This document shows positions 1 to 12,269 of a stretch of DNA of 64,000 nucleotides, in pieces. This DNA comes from Mobula hypostoma (lineage: Eukaryota). Numbering within the stretch: the first letter of the stretch is position 1; the number at the start of each line of letters is the position of its first letter. The position numbers and the translations under genes are program-made. The stretch lies in the NCBI RefSeq assembly GCF_963921235.1, contig NC_086105.1, positions 104,780,001 through 104,844,000 of the forward strand, written 5' to 3'. The notes under the pieces were generated by a model. That model was not told the origin of the DNA, made no database searches, and was given only the letters and a program-made list of their open reading frames with translations.

Positions 1-339
1 TATAAAGGAGGAAGATTAGAAAATCTGTGGATGTAAAATACCATCTACAGCTTTTTTTTGCCTTCTCTCTCCACTCTAAAGCCTCGAAGAGCGAAAGCCT
101 AAAAAGAAATCTCCACTCTAACTCTGACCACTCCAATGACAGCCACTCCGCTTGCCCCGCCTTACTTTAATATAATCTTGACAATCAATCCCAAACACTA
201 CTTGACCACTGCGCAAAGCACCAAACTGCTGCAAGCACTGCCTTTTCTACTCAAGTCAGTGAACCTGAGCGAACTACTCCTTCTCAGGCTTCTGATCTCC
301 GATTTGGTGCTGCTCGAGGTCTTGTTATAACAGCGATGA

Positions 340-1620
340 GACCACAGAACTGAAATGCCAGTGATGAAGCAAGATGCTGAATTGAAGTGGACGACAAAAG
401 GAAATTCAGTGTCTCTGGTGCAGACTGAAAACAAATGCTGCACAAAGCTGTCATCTAATCTGTGTGGGTTTCTCCAATGTAGAAGAGATCCCATCAGCAC
501 TGAATGCAATACACTAGATCGTAAGAAGAGCAGGTGAACGGTTGCTTCTCCTGTGCGACTGTTGTGTCGTTGGATGGTGAAAAAGAAGTGAAAGAGTGAT
601 TGGTTGGAAAGCATCATGAGAAGGAGTTATTGAAGAAAAAGGATTAGCAGGACAGAGTTAGAGGGGGATGGTAGCTTCAGGATGCTGAAAGAACAGAGGA
701 AGATATTTAAGGGTAAACTGAGGGGGGGGCTTCTTCACTGAAAGGGCAATATGAATGTAGAATGAGCTACTGGCAGATGTGATGGATGTGCATTTGATTA
801 CAACATTTAAGAGACGTTTGGATAAGTAAGTGGACAGGAGGGGCATGGAAGTCCATGGTCTTGGTGCAGGTCAATGGGCCTGGGCAGAACAACAGCTCAG
901 CATGAACTACACCAGCCGATGAGCTTTTGTAGAATAACAGTTCAGCATGGACTAATAATGAGCCAATGGGCCTGGTTCTGTGCTGTAATGCTCTATTACT
1001 CTGCACGTTTTGTGAAGATAGCAGAAATTGCAAAGATGATCTGTCCAAAGCAGGAGGTTGATGAGGTGGGAAGTGGGAATTCTATTGCTCCATCTAGAAG
1101 AGGATGCGAGACCAGGGGTTGGGAAATAAATGATATGTGATCAGGGCTTTTATAACTGTAGTACTGACAGATGATTAAGGACAAAGGAAGACAGCTCCAA
1201 TGCACCCGTTTAGCAAGTGTCATAAGAGCCGACATAGAAGAAACAGAACAAAAAAAATTTTAGGGAGTGAAATCCTTTCAGGAAGCTGGAAAGAATGAAG
1301 TATATCTAAAACAAGCATGGGCATGTTACGGGCAGAACCTATCCCCACAGATCGGGAAGACGACATCAGGGTGCAAACTGGCGGCAAAAGTAATGAAGGG
1401 GAAACAAAAAAAAAGACAGGCACTTGCAAGGTTCCAGAAAACACAGATGGAGTTGTGGAAGTTGTTGTTTAACATGAGAATGAGGTCAGCCAGGCAAATC
1501 AATGTGTTTGTGGCAGGAAATGGTCGGGCCACTGTTCAAGTGAGAAGCAGTGCACCGGGACAATCCTAGTGCATGATCAGGGTGTAAAACAATTGTACAT
1601 CCATCGCAGATACATTTTCC
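340..1620 (-). mobile_element. Old degenerate Penelope-like retroelement (RT and GIY-YIG remnants), interrupted by a CR1 3' fragment
   Basis: The minus strand near 1570-1605 reads MDVQLFYTLIMH, like the Penelope RT motif MDVxSLYTxIP. 340-600 resembles the GIY-YIG C-terminal segment of the younger copies in this window. Many stops and frameshifts. Confidence 0.55.
755..1000 (+). mobile_element. CR1-type LINE 3' end fragment
   Basis: acatttaagagacgtttggataag...gggcctggttctgtgctgtaatgctctat resembles the 3' end of the CR1 at 42315-42480 (opposite strand). Confidence 0.6.
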
Positions 1621-2150
1621 CTCCGAACACGATCACAAAACCCATCTCCACAATCACCAAGCTAACCTTTTCTAATATAGCCTTCTTTTGCCTGAAAATC
1701 CCATTGAGATTTTTTTTTTAAATAATTTAGCCTACAAGTTCAAATGCAACTGTACTCTAGGGAAACAAGAGCCACAGGGATAGACATTGAAATGTCTGTG
1801 GAAGATTCACTGGAAATATAATATTATTTTGGATTACACAATATGACTAAAGATACAGATCAAAAGATGAACTATTACAGCACATTACTTTTCTGGGATC
1901 CCCAAACATTAGGAGCCAATGACTTGCCTGCATTTAATCTCATTGGATTTTCCAGTGTATTCCAATATCCCTTAATATAATTTTGACTGCAACTCCTTTG
2001 ACGACTGTAGTGAATGCTTCCCCTCCATATTTATGTATATTGATTGACAAGTACACTACATTCCAAATCCAATTAACCCATGGATAGGATGTTAAATTTA
2101 TCGGTTTTATTAAATAACAGCACCTAATGAACGTTCAGACCGTATCCCAC

Positions 2151-2627
2151 CTTAAGCACTCCTTCCTCGTTTGCTTCCAACTTTTTTTTGACTTGCATGA
2201 GTTGCCACATTTCCTTTACTGGCCCTCCACTGCCGCTGGATAGAGAGCTTTTCCTGCCGCCCGTCTCCTCTTGGCTGCGGGCCATGAGTTCTGGAACACT
2301 GGGCAATTGTCCCAAGATGCCCATCGCGTTTTGGAGCTTTGCAACTTTTTCTTCCAGTTGGTGGAAGAGAGAAACAGACCTTCCATTCTCCTTGGGTGGA
2401 CCTTCTTCTGAAGCAGGGGCTTCTTCTGCAGGAACCTCGCCCTTAGAGCTCTTGGGTTTGATAAACTCAACCTCTACTTCTTCCACCGTCTTCTGCACAT
2501 CTCCAAGTTGGAGATGTTCCAAAATACCATGCAATAGTGCATGCAGCGCGTTGAAGTTACACACCCCCACCTCGGGAGTGCCGATGGCCAAATTCACGAG
2601 CTCCTTTAAAGTAAAAGTGTGCGCCAT
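2151..2627 (-). CDS. C16orf96: First coding exon of C16orf96-like (QRICH2/C16orf96 family); gene continues left beyond the window
   Basis: MAHTFTLKELVNLAIGTPEVGVCNFNALHALLHGILEHL...LPSVPELM...PVKEMWQLMQVKKKLE matches the N-terminal motif shared by QRICH2 and C16orf96. 477 nt (159 codons) ends at a phase-0 donor AAG|GTGGGA. The head-to-head position next to CDIP1 favours C16orf96 over QRICH2. Confidence 0.8.
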
Positions 2628-2639
2628 CGCAATCTCTCT

Positions 2640-2900
2640 AGTAATGCATAAATATCGCCTTTAACGCTACCTCAAAAATGCAGTTCAGTTCACAACACGT
2701 GCAACCGGCGAAAAGGCGACCAATGGAACTTCACGTGGCATCGCGGCCAGGGCGTCGTCCATTGACACTCCCACCAATCAACGGACGCTCCGTCCCGCCC
2801 GTTACACCGCAGTTGCTAAGATACCGGTATGGCTGCGTGGAAATGCCTTTATTCGGGCCGGTCCCATGTCACCCGAGTTGCTATTATAGGTCAATGGCGT
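2640..2900. promoter_or_regulatory. CpG-rich promoter of C16orf96-like gene
   Basis: Local CpG enrichment immediately upstream of the ATG. CACGTG at 2696 and 2732, CCAAT at 2720 and 2774, MYB-type CAACGG at 2779 and CCGTTA at 2799, GC box at 2794, RFX X-box-like GTTGCTAAGATAC at 2812-2824. Confidence 0.65.
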
Positions 2901-3129
2901 TGCAGCTACGGCTTTATGTCATGATCTGCATTATTCTGACTATAACTCAAAATACTCAGCAGATGTTTTTATTTTATATGCATGTATTTTCTCTATGCAC
3001 CGAGTGGTGGCGTTTGCTGCGTAATTTAACCAACGAGAGGATTCTGAAAGTGACAGGTCCGGTTTAAATACGCCGAAGGATCTTTCCATATCTTTTGGCA
3101 GCCTGTGCATTTTAACCGATGACCAAAAA

Positions 3130-3320
3130 CAAAACACACACAAACTGGAGTTGCTGGAAATCTAAAACACAGACAGAAAACTGTTAGGATGTACTCAACA
3201 AGTCAAGCAACTGATCATTTGGACGGAGGACTGATCAATGTTTCAGAAACCTTTATTTCTCTCTCCCACTGATGCTGCCTGAGCTGCTGAACACTTCCAG
3301 TGATTTCTGTTCTTTATTTC
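3130..3320. mobile_element. Short foldback remnant of two opposed Penelope-like terminal tails
   Basis: A minus-orientation tail (gttgctggaaatct...) is followed by a plus-orientation tail (gatgctgcctgagctgctgaacacttccag). Confidence 0.5.
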
Positions 3321-3933
3321 ATGCCCTTGCACGGGATCAGTATTGGCACGAAATTTCTGAAAAATTTTGCACGACGTTGCACTTTTCTCGAGTCAGTTCT
3401 CATTCAGCTTGTAGCCGTTATCTTAGGCTGGACTCCCAGATTCCACAAATACTTCCACCTCTGTCGAGCAGGACTTTCAAATCTACAAACAATTTTAACT
3501 TTGTTAATCATTGAAAGTATTTTTATCTACTCAGTAAAAAACGTTTATGATAATAAACAGCTCTGTCAAATCTCTTAACCTTCACTGCTTTGAGAGAAGA
3601 ACCCATGTTTTCAAATCTCTTGGCACAACTGGCACTCCTTGGAACTTTTTTCATCTCTTCTAACTTTTTGAAAACTTTGGCATTTTTTGTAAGGTATGGC
3701 ACACAGGTTGGAAGTAGTACTCTAGCTGAGACCAAACCCACTGTTTTAGTTCAACATAACATTTTAATTGTGTGTTCTTTTCTGCTGTTCATAAAGTCAT
3801 ATATTCTATTTACATTTTAATAGGCTTCTCAGCTGATCTATCACCTCAAATAAAATTGAGCAATTCAACCCTTGTCTCATTGCTCCTAGACTTCTTTTGA
3901 ATGGAAAGAAATTTCTCTTATTTGAAAAATCCC

Positions 3934-4070
3934 GGTCCTGCTGAAGGTCTCAGCCCAAAATGTCAACTGTACTCTATTTTCCATAGATGCTGCCTGGCCT
4001 GCTGGGTTCCTTCAGCATTTTGAGCATGTTGCTTGGATTTCCAGCAACTGCAGATTTTCTCTTGTTTGCC
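3934..4070 (+). mobile_element. Short Penelope-like terminal fragment with degenerate hammerhead
   Basis: ggtcCTGCTGAaggtctcagcccAAAATGTCaactg followed by the standard gatgctgcctggcctgctg...ccagca tail. The GAAA core is mutated. Confidence 0.7.
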
Positions 4071-4234
4071 TTCGGTCCTCAAAAATGTTCATTTTTGAAC
4101 TGAATTTTAATATATTTACTTTCCAATATTTTGAAGTCTAATTTTGATAGAAGCACTGTGCTTTCTAAAAATAAGTGTGAATATTGCCATCTCTAGTTAT
4201 TTTCAAACCACAGAAAGCTTAAAACGAATGCTGT

Positions 4235-5052
4235 GTTCAATTCCCTCCGCTGTCTGTAAGAGAATTATATATTCTCCCCAGGTCCACATGGATATCCTCC
4301 AGGTACTCTGGTTTCCTCCCACATTCCAAAGATGTATGGGTTAAGGCTGATTTATACTTGTGCATCAAATGTACACCACAGGTACGGCATAGCCACATAC
4401 CCTACGCTATACTCTACGCCAAACCCTACGCCATAGCCTAACGCACACCTCTCCCAAAATGTAACTACGTGTCGCAGCGTTGCAGACCTCAACAACTGTG
4501 ATTGGTCCGCTTGGTAGCATCACATTTCCTCCTACGCTGCAATAGCTTGCCATTGGGCGACTGAAGGGCAGGGAAGGAACTCTGGCTGCAATGCTTTCCA
4601 TAAAGCTTTACAGACCTCCGAAATTATGGAGGACCCTGTGCTTGATGCCAGTTTGTAGCTAGCTGCTACAGCCTGTTGATTTCCACCTGAAGCTAAAACC
4701 CGAATGGTGATCGCCAGTCTCTGAGTATACTGTGCGTACACTGATGCCAAATAAATGGTTGAAGACGATGAACCAAATCGTTAAATCTACCTGCCGACAT
4801 CCGAAAATATTTGAAATGCATTTCCTCATCTATGTCTCTCAGTGGCTTGCGTAGGCTACGGCGTGAGCTAGTACGCACAAGTATAAATCAGCCTTAAGGG
4901 TTAGTAAATTGTGGGCATGCTATGTTGACGCTGGAAGCGTGGGTTGTTCTCAGCACATCCTTGGACTCTGTTAGTTGCTGATACAAAATCAAAGCATTTC
5001 ATTGTATGCTTCAATGTTTCAATGAATGTGTGACGAATAAAGATAATCTTTA
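4235..5052 (+). mobile_element. tRNA-derived SINE, split by a DNA transposon
   Basis: B-box-like gttcaattcc, then ctgtctgtaag...ctctggtttcctcccacattccaaaga as in the SINEs at 18122 and 48950. It resumes after 4897 and ends aataaagataatcttt. Confidence 0.65.
4345..4893 (-). mobile_element. Non-autonomous PIF/Harbinger-type DNA transposon with internal transposase fragment
   Basis: Perfect TIRs ggctgatttatacttgtgc / gcacaagtataaatcagcc with TTAA on both flanks. Minus-strand peptides [15 protein letters not shown] and [40 protein letters not shown] are typical of Harbinger/HARBI1 transposases. Confidence 0.8.
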
Positions 5053-5419
5053 TCATTAACAACTACTTGTATTTAAATAGTGCCCTTGACATAATAAAAT
5101 ACCTTCATATGCATGCTAACCAAAGATTTAAGAGAAAAAAATCAAAAGAACACAGATGTTGCGTTAAACTAAAAATAAATGGCAGACAATTCTGAGAGAA
5201 AGTCTTTGACTTAAGATATTATCTCAGTTTCACTTTCTGCTTACAGAAAGTTTCCATTTTAATTATGAAAGATTTGGCTAAGTCAAGGTAAGATAAGTCA
5301 AGAGCTCACTACAGACAAGCCAGAGAGCTACGTTGGTAAGAACTGAAGGCTTCTCAAAATTCAAAGTAAATTTATTATCAAATATACATGTCATCATAAA
5401 CAACCCTGAGATATACAAT

Positions 5420-7490
5420 CTATCTCAATATGCAGGACTAGACTGCGGATTCAGAGAAGTCAAATGGTGGGGGTGTGTGCTTTATGATAAACTCTTTGTA
5501 CTTCTCCAATGCAATGGCCTTGTTGTACTCTTGTTCCCTGACCTGGAACATGTAATGATTAAGTGCTGACCAGTCTACCTACCGAGAACGTGATCCTGAC
5601 CAGAGTTTACATATCGCCAAAGGCGGATGTTAAACAGGCACTCAGGGTATTGAGTGCTGCCATCAGCAATCAAGAAACAGCCTGCCCCAATGCTTTTCAA
5701 ATCATTGTCAGGAACTTAAAACGGGCTTGCTCGAAGAAATCTCTGCCCAATTAACATCAACATATTATTTGTTGCACCAGGGTTCCCAACATACTCTACC
5801 ACTGCTATACTATGATTAGGAATGCCTACTGTTTCATGCCCAGAATGTATTTTGGGAAATCTGATCACTTGGCTGCCCTCCTCCTACCTGCATACAGGCA
5901 GAGGCTAAAGAGCAAGGCTCCAGAGGTGAGAACAATAATGAGATAAATTCTGATTTGATGGAGACAGCCGTGAGAAGCACAGAGGAACATCTGGAGAAAC
6001 TTCTGAAATGCCCGGTTCGTTGCTGCTGCTACTGTGCGATCCAGAATCTCCGGAGGGAAGGCCTCAAATCCTCGGCTTTGCCTGCTGCTGGCGGCCGGGG
6101 CTGGGGTCGAAGTGCTCGGCAGAGATGGTGCTCGGTGCTCGGTGTCGGAGGGCTGGTTGGAGGCTCAAAGTTTTTAGATGACTCAGAGTCGGACTGTGGT
6201 CGGGCATGGCAGGGAGAGTTTTCTTCCTTCTCCCGTCTGCGTGAGATGTGGGACTTTCGAGAGACTTTGAACTTTTTTTACCATGCCCATGGCCTGATCT
6301 TCATCAAGTTACAGTATTGCTTGCACTGTTGTAACTATATGTTATAATTATGTGGTTCTTGTCAGTTTTTCAGTCTTGGTCTGTCCTGTGTTTCTGTGAT
6401 ATCACATCGGAGGAATATTGTATCATTTCTTAATGCATGCATTACTAAATGACAATAAAAGAGGACTGCGTGTCCTCATAATCTACTCTAAAAAAAAGAG
6501 GCAGAGGAGAGGCTATGGGATTGTTTCGAGTTGGTGGACTGGGCTGTGTTCAAAGCACCTGAATGAATACACTATGGTTGTCATGGACTTTATAAAAATA
6601 GTTGTAGGTGAGTGTGACCTCACAAAATCATTCATAGTCTTCCCCAACCAGAAGTCCTGGTTGAAACATGAGAATGAAAACATGCTGAGGGCCAGATCAG
6701 TGGCATTCATGTCTGGCAACTAAATAAAGTACAAGAAGTTCTGTTGCAATCTCTGGAAAGCATCCTCACGTACGAAGTGGCAATTGTGGATCAAATCTGA
6801 GTCACTGAAGTATGCTGGACAGCTGTGACAAGGCTTCAATGCTATCAGCTCCTACAAAGTGACAGGTTTCACTCCCTGATTAGCTCAATCAATGCCTTTA
6901 CGCTTGTTTTAACTGTCAGACCAGGGAGGCGCCTTCACGAACTCCACAGCCCCAACGACCCTGTGATTTCAGTCTCTGAGGCTGACGTCAGGAGGCTGAA
7001 CCCACAGAGAGCGGATGGGGTACCTGGCCAAGCACTAAACCCCTATGCTGATCAACAGGCTGGAGTGTTCACCAATAGCTTTAACCTTTCACTTTGACAG
7101 CTTGAGGTACCTCAGATCCAACACCACCAAGTTCAGGAACAGTTATTACCCCTCGACTATCGAGACTCTTGAACAAGAGGGGATAACTTCACTCGCCCCA
7201 TCTCTGAACTGTACGTACAACCTAATGATTCACCTTCAAAAACTCTTCATCTCATGTTCTCAATATTTATGGCTTATTTATTTATTTATTATTATAATTT
7301 CTACTTGTTTCTTTCTTTGTGTATTTGCACAGCTTGTTGTCTTTTGGTTGTTTATCCATCCTACTGAGTCCAATCTTTCACTGATTTTTATTGTGTTTCT
7401 TGTATTTACTGTCAATGCCTGCAAGAAAATTAATCTCAGGGTCTTATATGATGATATATATGTCCTTTGCTAATAAATTTATGTTGAACT
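5420..7490 (+). mobile_element. Degenerate Rex1/Babar-type LINE (endonuclease to RT fragments and 3' end)
   Basis: VYISPKADVKQAL, SDH motif region, FPNQKSW, ADGVPGQAL...AGVFTNSFNLSL and TTKFRNSYYP, then a tail ending aataaatttatgttgaactttc. Confidence 0.7.
5946..6490 (+). mobile_element. 5'-truncated copy of a CpG-rich non-autonomous retroelement, nested in the Rex-type LINE
   Basis: Clear similarity to 59846-60442 (aattctgatttgatggagacag...tcctcggctttgc...gacaataaaagaggactg...ctcataatcta). Confidence 0.75.
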
Positions 7491-7549
7491 TTCAAGTTTA
7501 TACTTTGAAGTAGTGAAATAGTTTCCCTTTCCCTCCTAGATATTTTTGG

Positions 7550-8766
7550 CATCTCTAAGCCTGAATGCTTGAAGCCTTAGTGAGCAAAACAGTTCTGAAT
7601 TCTCTTACTGCTTATTTCTAGCCAACTATCAGTGACAAAAAATATCAAATTTTAAAAAAATGTTTTTTGAACACAAATACATGCTATTTAAAAACTGTTT
7701 GCTCTAAGTACAGGGTCGTGTCTAACAACCACATTTGTGCACGAGACTGATGCTAGTTAGAAATTGTTTGGCAGTTTTTTCAGCAACACACACAAAATGC
7801 TGGAGCAACTCAGCAGGCCAGGTAACATCTATGGAAAAGAGTACAGTCAATGTTTCAGGCCAAAACCCTTCATCAGTCCCAGAGAGGAAGGGAAAGAGTC
7901 AGAGTAAGAAGGTGGGAGGAGGGGAGGAAGAACTACAAGGTGACAGGTGATGGGAGAAACCAGGGGAGAGGGAGGGGTGACGTAAGGGGGAGGAGCACCA
8001 GAGGGGGGTGATGGGCAAGGAAGGAGAAAATGTGAGAGAGGGAAAGAGGAAGGGCGATGGTGAAGAAGGGGGGGATTGCAATTACTGGAAGTTTGAGAAA
8101 TCGCTGTTCATGCCACCAGGTTGGAGGCTACCTGGACAGAATATAAGCAGTTACTCCAACAAACTGAGTGTGGCCTCATCCTGGCAGTAGAGGAGGCTAT
8201 GGACTAACATGCTGGAAAGAGAATGGGAAGTAGAACTGAAATGAGTGGCCACTGGGAGATTCCACTTTTTGTGGCAGATGGAGTGAACGTGTTCGGTGAA
8301 GCTGTCTCCCAATCTACGTCTGTCCTCACCAATATACAGGAGGCTACACCAGGAGCACTGCATACAGCAGATGATACCTCCCTCACTACCAGCAAAGGGA
8401 ACAAGAGTCACACCTTCCCCTACACCTCCTCCCTCATTACCATTCACGGGAATAAGTGCCACATCTGCCCCTACGCCTCCTCCTGAAGAACTGCCTCAGT
8501 CCGAAATGTCAGCTGTTTATTCATTTGCATAGATACTGCATGATCTGCTGAGTTCCTCCGGCATTTTGAGTGTGTTGCTCTGGATTTCCAGCATCTGCAG
8601 ACTTCCTTGTGCTTTTGGCAACTTGCTTCTTGTCCCACTTAGGCAGCATAGCGTTCCACGAAGGGAATACTGGCAATTTTCTCAATTAGTTTTGTTCTTT
8701 AAGATTTGCCCTAAATAAGTGGGTGCCCCAATTAACCAATGGCCCATTTAATTAGAATCCACTGTA
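7550..8766 (-). mobile_element. Tigger/pogo-like DNA transposon fragment, interrupted by a Penelope-like insertion
   Basis: 7550-7780 and 8615-8766 are colinear with the copy at 60940-61290. The terminus gaatccactg-ta is a CAGTGG-type TIR with TA. Confidence 0.7.
7785..8612. mobile_element. Penelope-like element with inverted structure (minus arm about 7785-8380, short plus arm about 8380-8612)
   Basis: The minus ORF IICCMQCSWCSLLYIGEDRRRLGDSFTEH is a GIY-YIG domain. Terminal tails face outward at both ends, with hammerhead remnants at 7844-7880 (-) and about 8481-8516 (+). Confidence 0.8.
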
Positions 8767-8789
8767 TTTAATGACGTATCTGCTACTGC

Positions 8790-9530
8790 TTCACTGAGCA
8801 GATGATTCCACAGATTCAGTGCTTTCTTAGAAAAGCAGTTTCTCTGCATCTCCATCCTAAATCTACTCCCCCAAATCTTGAGGCTATGTCCAGAAACAAG
8901 TGGAAACAACTTTTCTGCCACCATCCAATCTACCTATTTCATAATTTTATATGTTTTTATAATATTCCCTCTCACTCTTCCGAATTCCAGTGAGTATAGT
9001 CCTAGGTGACTCCATCTTTCCTCATAGGCAAATTTCCTCATTTCCAATATCAACCTGGTGAACCTCTTCTGCACTGCCTCCAAAACCAAAACCAAAATAT
9101 ATATTTTCTCAAGGAAGTAGAGCAGAGCTGTATGAATTACCCCAGGTGCAGCCTCTCTGTTACCCTGTACATTTGCAACATAACCTTCTGTGTCTTAAAA
9201 TCAGCCCCTCTAGAAATTAAGGCAAACATTCCATTTCCCTTCTTGATAAACTGTTGCACCCGCAAAACCTTTTACGATTCAAGAAGATGTACTCTCAAGA
9301 CCCTGTGTCTCTACAATCTTTCACCATTTAAATAATAAACTGAATGGTGTTCCAAAGTGGTTGGCCTTGTATTTACCAATATTGTACTCCATCTGCCAGA
9401 GCCTCGCTCATTTGCTTAACCTAGCTATATCCCTTTGCAGACTTTTCACACCCTCTGCACAGTTTAGTGTTATCAGCAAACTTTGATACACTATCTTTGG
9501 TCCCCTCTGCCAAATCATTAATGTAATTTC
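8790..9530 (-). mobile_element. Degenerate CR1 LINE RT 3' portion
   Basis: tccatctgcca...tgttatcagcaaactttg (reverse of KFADDT and WQME), colinear with the CR1 at 23140-24530. Confidence 0.7.
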
Positions 9531-9859
9531 AGCATTCCCTCCAATTTATTCATTAACCTAACTTGCAAATAAATTGTTGTTTTCACATCAAGGTCCCATG
9601 CTCCTGAAACACCTTTCCCAAGATCACTGGGAATACCCTTTGTTGGGGCACTGCAGCATTGAAGGAGGCAGCTCACCGTTTCTTCAAGGGCAATTAGGAA
9701 CAGTTAGGTGGGATTTTGATTTTTTTTAGCGACGCATCCAGATTTGCAATTAAACACTTCAAATTACACAATTAATTATTTTTTCAAAATTGCTAACAAA
9801 TGCTACTTTGTTGCAATTCTATTTGTTGGGCTTTAGAGATTAGTTTACCTATGTTATGG

Positions 9860-10330
9860 TAATCTACAATGATGTCTCGGAATTTCCGCGGTTACGCCGC
9901 TTCTTTGCAAGGGGAATGAGCGGCGCATGCGCAGCTCCTGTCCTGCGGGTGCAGAGCATTTCGAGTGGAGACGGCGCCTGGAGCTCCCTAGTACGGCTGC
10001 TTGTTATTGCCGTGTTGGACGCTAGAGTGGTATGTAAGCTTAAGCAGAAACAGCGTGAAATAGTTTAAAAGGGGCGTAAGTTGGCTTTTTCACTGAATGT
10101 AAGAAAATCGGTTTTTCTATGACCGATCATTGCTGCTGGGGGACGCTCGCAGCCTTTTTCAGCCTGATTTGTTTTCGGGGGCAGGGCCTTGTCGGGGTTG
10201 TAGTCTGTATGTCGCGCAATCCCGTAACTCTCTATCTGTGATTGTAACCCTTGAACTACATCTCCCAGCGACCCCGCGACTCGCGCCTGCGCAACGATCA
10301 AACCTGTCAAATGTCAAGGCCGTAAATTCT
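9860..10330 (+). promoter_or_regulatory. CpG-island-like promoter and probable non-coding first exon of CDIP1
   Basis: Only TE-free CpG-dense patch between the C16orf96-like promoter and the CDIP1 coding exons. NRF1-type palindrome GCGCATGCGCA at 9923-9933. Donor-like gtg|gtatgt or tat|gtaagc at about 10030-10039. Confidence 0.6.
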
Positions 10331-12269
10331 AGGATTGTTATAACTACTGTAACTGATTCTGTTCTCGGATGACTAGAACATAATTCCTAGGCTTAACTGT
10401 GCCACAAGTTAGTCTTGTAAAATTTATATCTTGGCTATCAGCAACAAAATTTATCTGCAATACTTTGTTAGAGCAGCTTCACTAAAAATTCTCGATAATG
10501 CAACATCATTCAGTGATAATAAAATGGATTTGTTACGTTAATATTAAAAGAGACTTATCAAAATAATTTTGCTTAGTGCAAGTTTATTATTGCATGTACA
10601 AATGAAATGTAGAAGCCAGCCTCTGAGATAATGGAATTTGAATATTAATATTTCAGTCGTTATATATTATACCATATTAATATACGTTTGGTTAGCCTGG
10701 AGTGTTCATTTGATATTTATCAGCTGTAACACATTTATATGGTGTTTGAAAAGTGTGTTTTTCATTTTGGTGTTGTATGTAGATAATTTGAATGTTTCCC
10801 CATTTAATGCAATACTCTCTCATATGTTCTCCTGTCTTCAGATATAATATTTAAACGTGGAGTTACAATTGTCAGGTGAAATAGATCCTCTGTGGATGTT
10901 GTGGTCAAAAGTTGTTGTGTATTTTGAATACTTTTGAAACTTTGATTAAAATCAATGTTATTATTAGATTAGATTAGGTTCAACTTTATTGTCATTGTGC
11001 CGAGTACAGATACAAAGCCAATGAAATGCATTTAGCATCTGACCAGAAATGCAAAGAATAGTGTTATTTACAAAATAACTGTGAATAAAAGAAGTGCTAC
11101 AGCACATGAATATAAAGGTGCTGAGACAGTACTTTTATATTTGTGCCTGTTATGTTGCCTTTTGTCTCAATTTGTCATGTCGGTTTTTCAAATATTTACT
11201 TTTTTCATTTTATAAACTGAGTTGCATTTATTGTTAACTGGAGATGTATTGTCTTAATGCACATTATATTTTCATTTCTCATTTTCCCCTGAGAGCATTA
11301 AAATCTTTGCAGATGTGAAATGATTTGCAATATTGGATTCTACTGTACTTGAATATAATTCTATAATTAATTTTTGAAGTTTTAATATTAAAAATTTCAA
11401 TTTAACTTGATGTAAAATTGTAATACATTATTTCTTAAATAATGCATGAGGAGATCGTTTTTAGCACATGTCTAAGTTTTGCTTTTATGTTCTTAGACTT
11501 CGTGGATCTGCACACTCCAAATCCAGTGTCTTGTTGTCCCCTTCTGCACTATTCTTCATCTTGCTCATTGAAAACTGCAACCAGTGTCCAAATTGCACTA
11601 CTTCATGAGCACCTATCAACTTTCTGCCTATATTGAAGCTTTGTAAGACCTGGCATTAACGTTTAGAAGACATAACCTGGTTTTCTTTTCAAATCTTTTT
11701 ATTATTATTATTATCCAAAATTAACAAGAGTACATCGAAGTAAGCAACACTTACAGTGTCTCAAGAAAGAAAACATTATTTTAAAGATTGAAAAAATTGT
11801 GGTGACCAAAAAAAAAGAGGGGAAAAAACCCTACTAAGCAAGAAAAAGTGAGGGGGGGAAAAAAACCCCATTAGGTGTTCAACACTGGAGCCATGCGTCA
11901 TCCAAAAAGCTTCTAAAGATAAACATCAAACCGCCAGCAAGAAAAAAAAAGTACCAAAAATTTACAATTAGATTGTGGAGGAAATCTATCAATTAACTCA
12001 AATGATAGTAATGAGCAAATGAACCCATATTTCTCAAAATCAAACATAGGTTCAAAGGTTCGACTTCAAATGTCTCCCAGACACAGTCAGGATCAAAATT
12101 GGAATCAGATTTAATGTCACTTTTTTCACAAACACAAGAAGATCTACAGATGCTGGAAATGTTGGAGGAGCTCAGCAGGCCAGGCAGCATCTATGGAAAA
12201 GAGTAAAGAGTCGACCAATTGTGCTGAGACCCTTCATCAGGACTGGGTGTGGGGGGAAGATAAGAAGTC

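Noticed and set aside
198-617. 139-aa minus ORF as a further C16orf96 exon
   Set aside because: Largely decayed Penelope-like sequence; no convincing splice sites or family similarity.
2188-2664. 158-aa plus-strand ORF
   Set aside because: Antisense shadow of the C16orf96-like exon.
2678-3067. 129-aa plus-strand ORF
   Set aside because: It overlaps the CpG-rich promoter and has no recognisable homology; likely a chance ORF.
11680-12080. Possible L1 3' end fragment on the minus strand
   Set aside because: A-rich and suggestive, but too little coding signal to classify from sequence alone.
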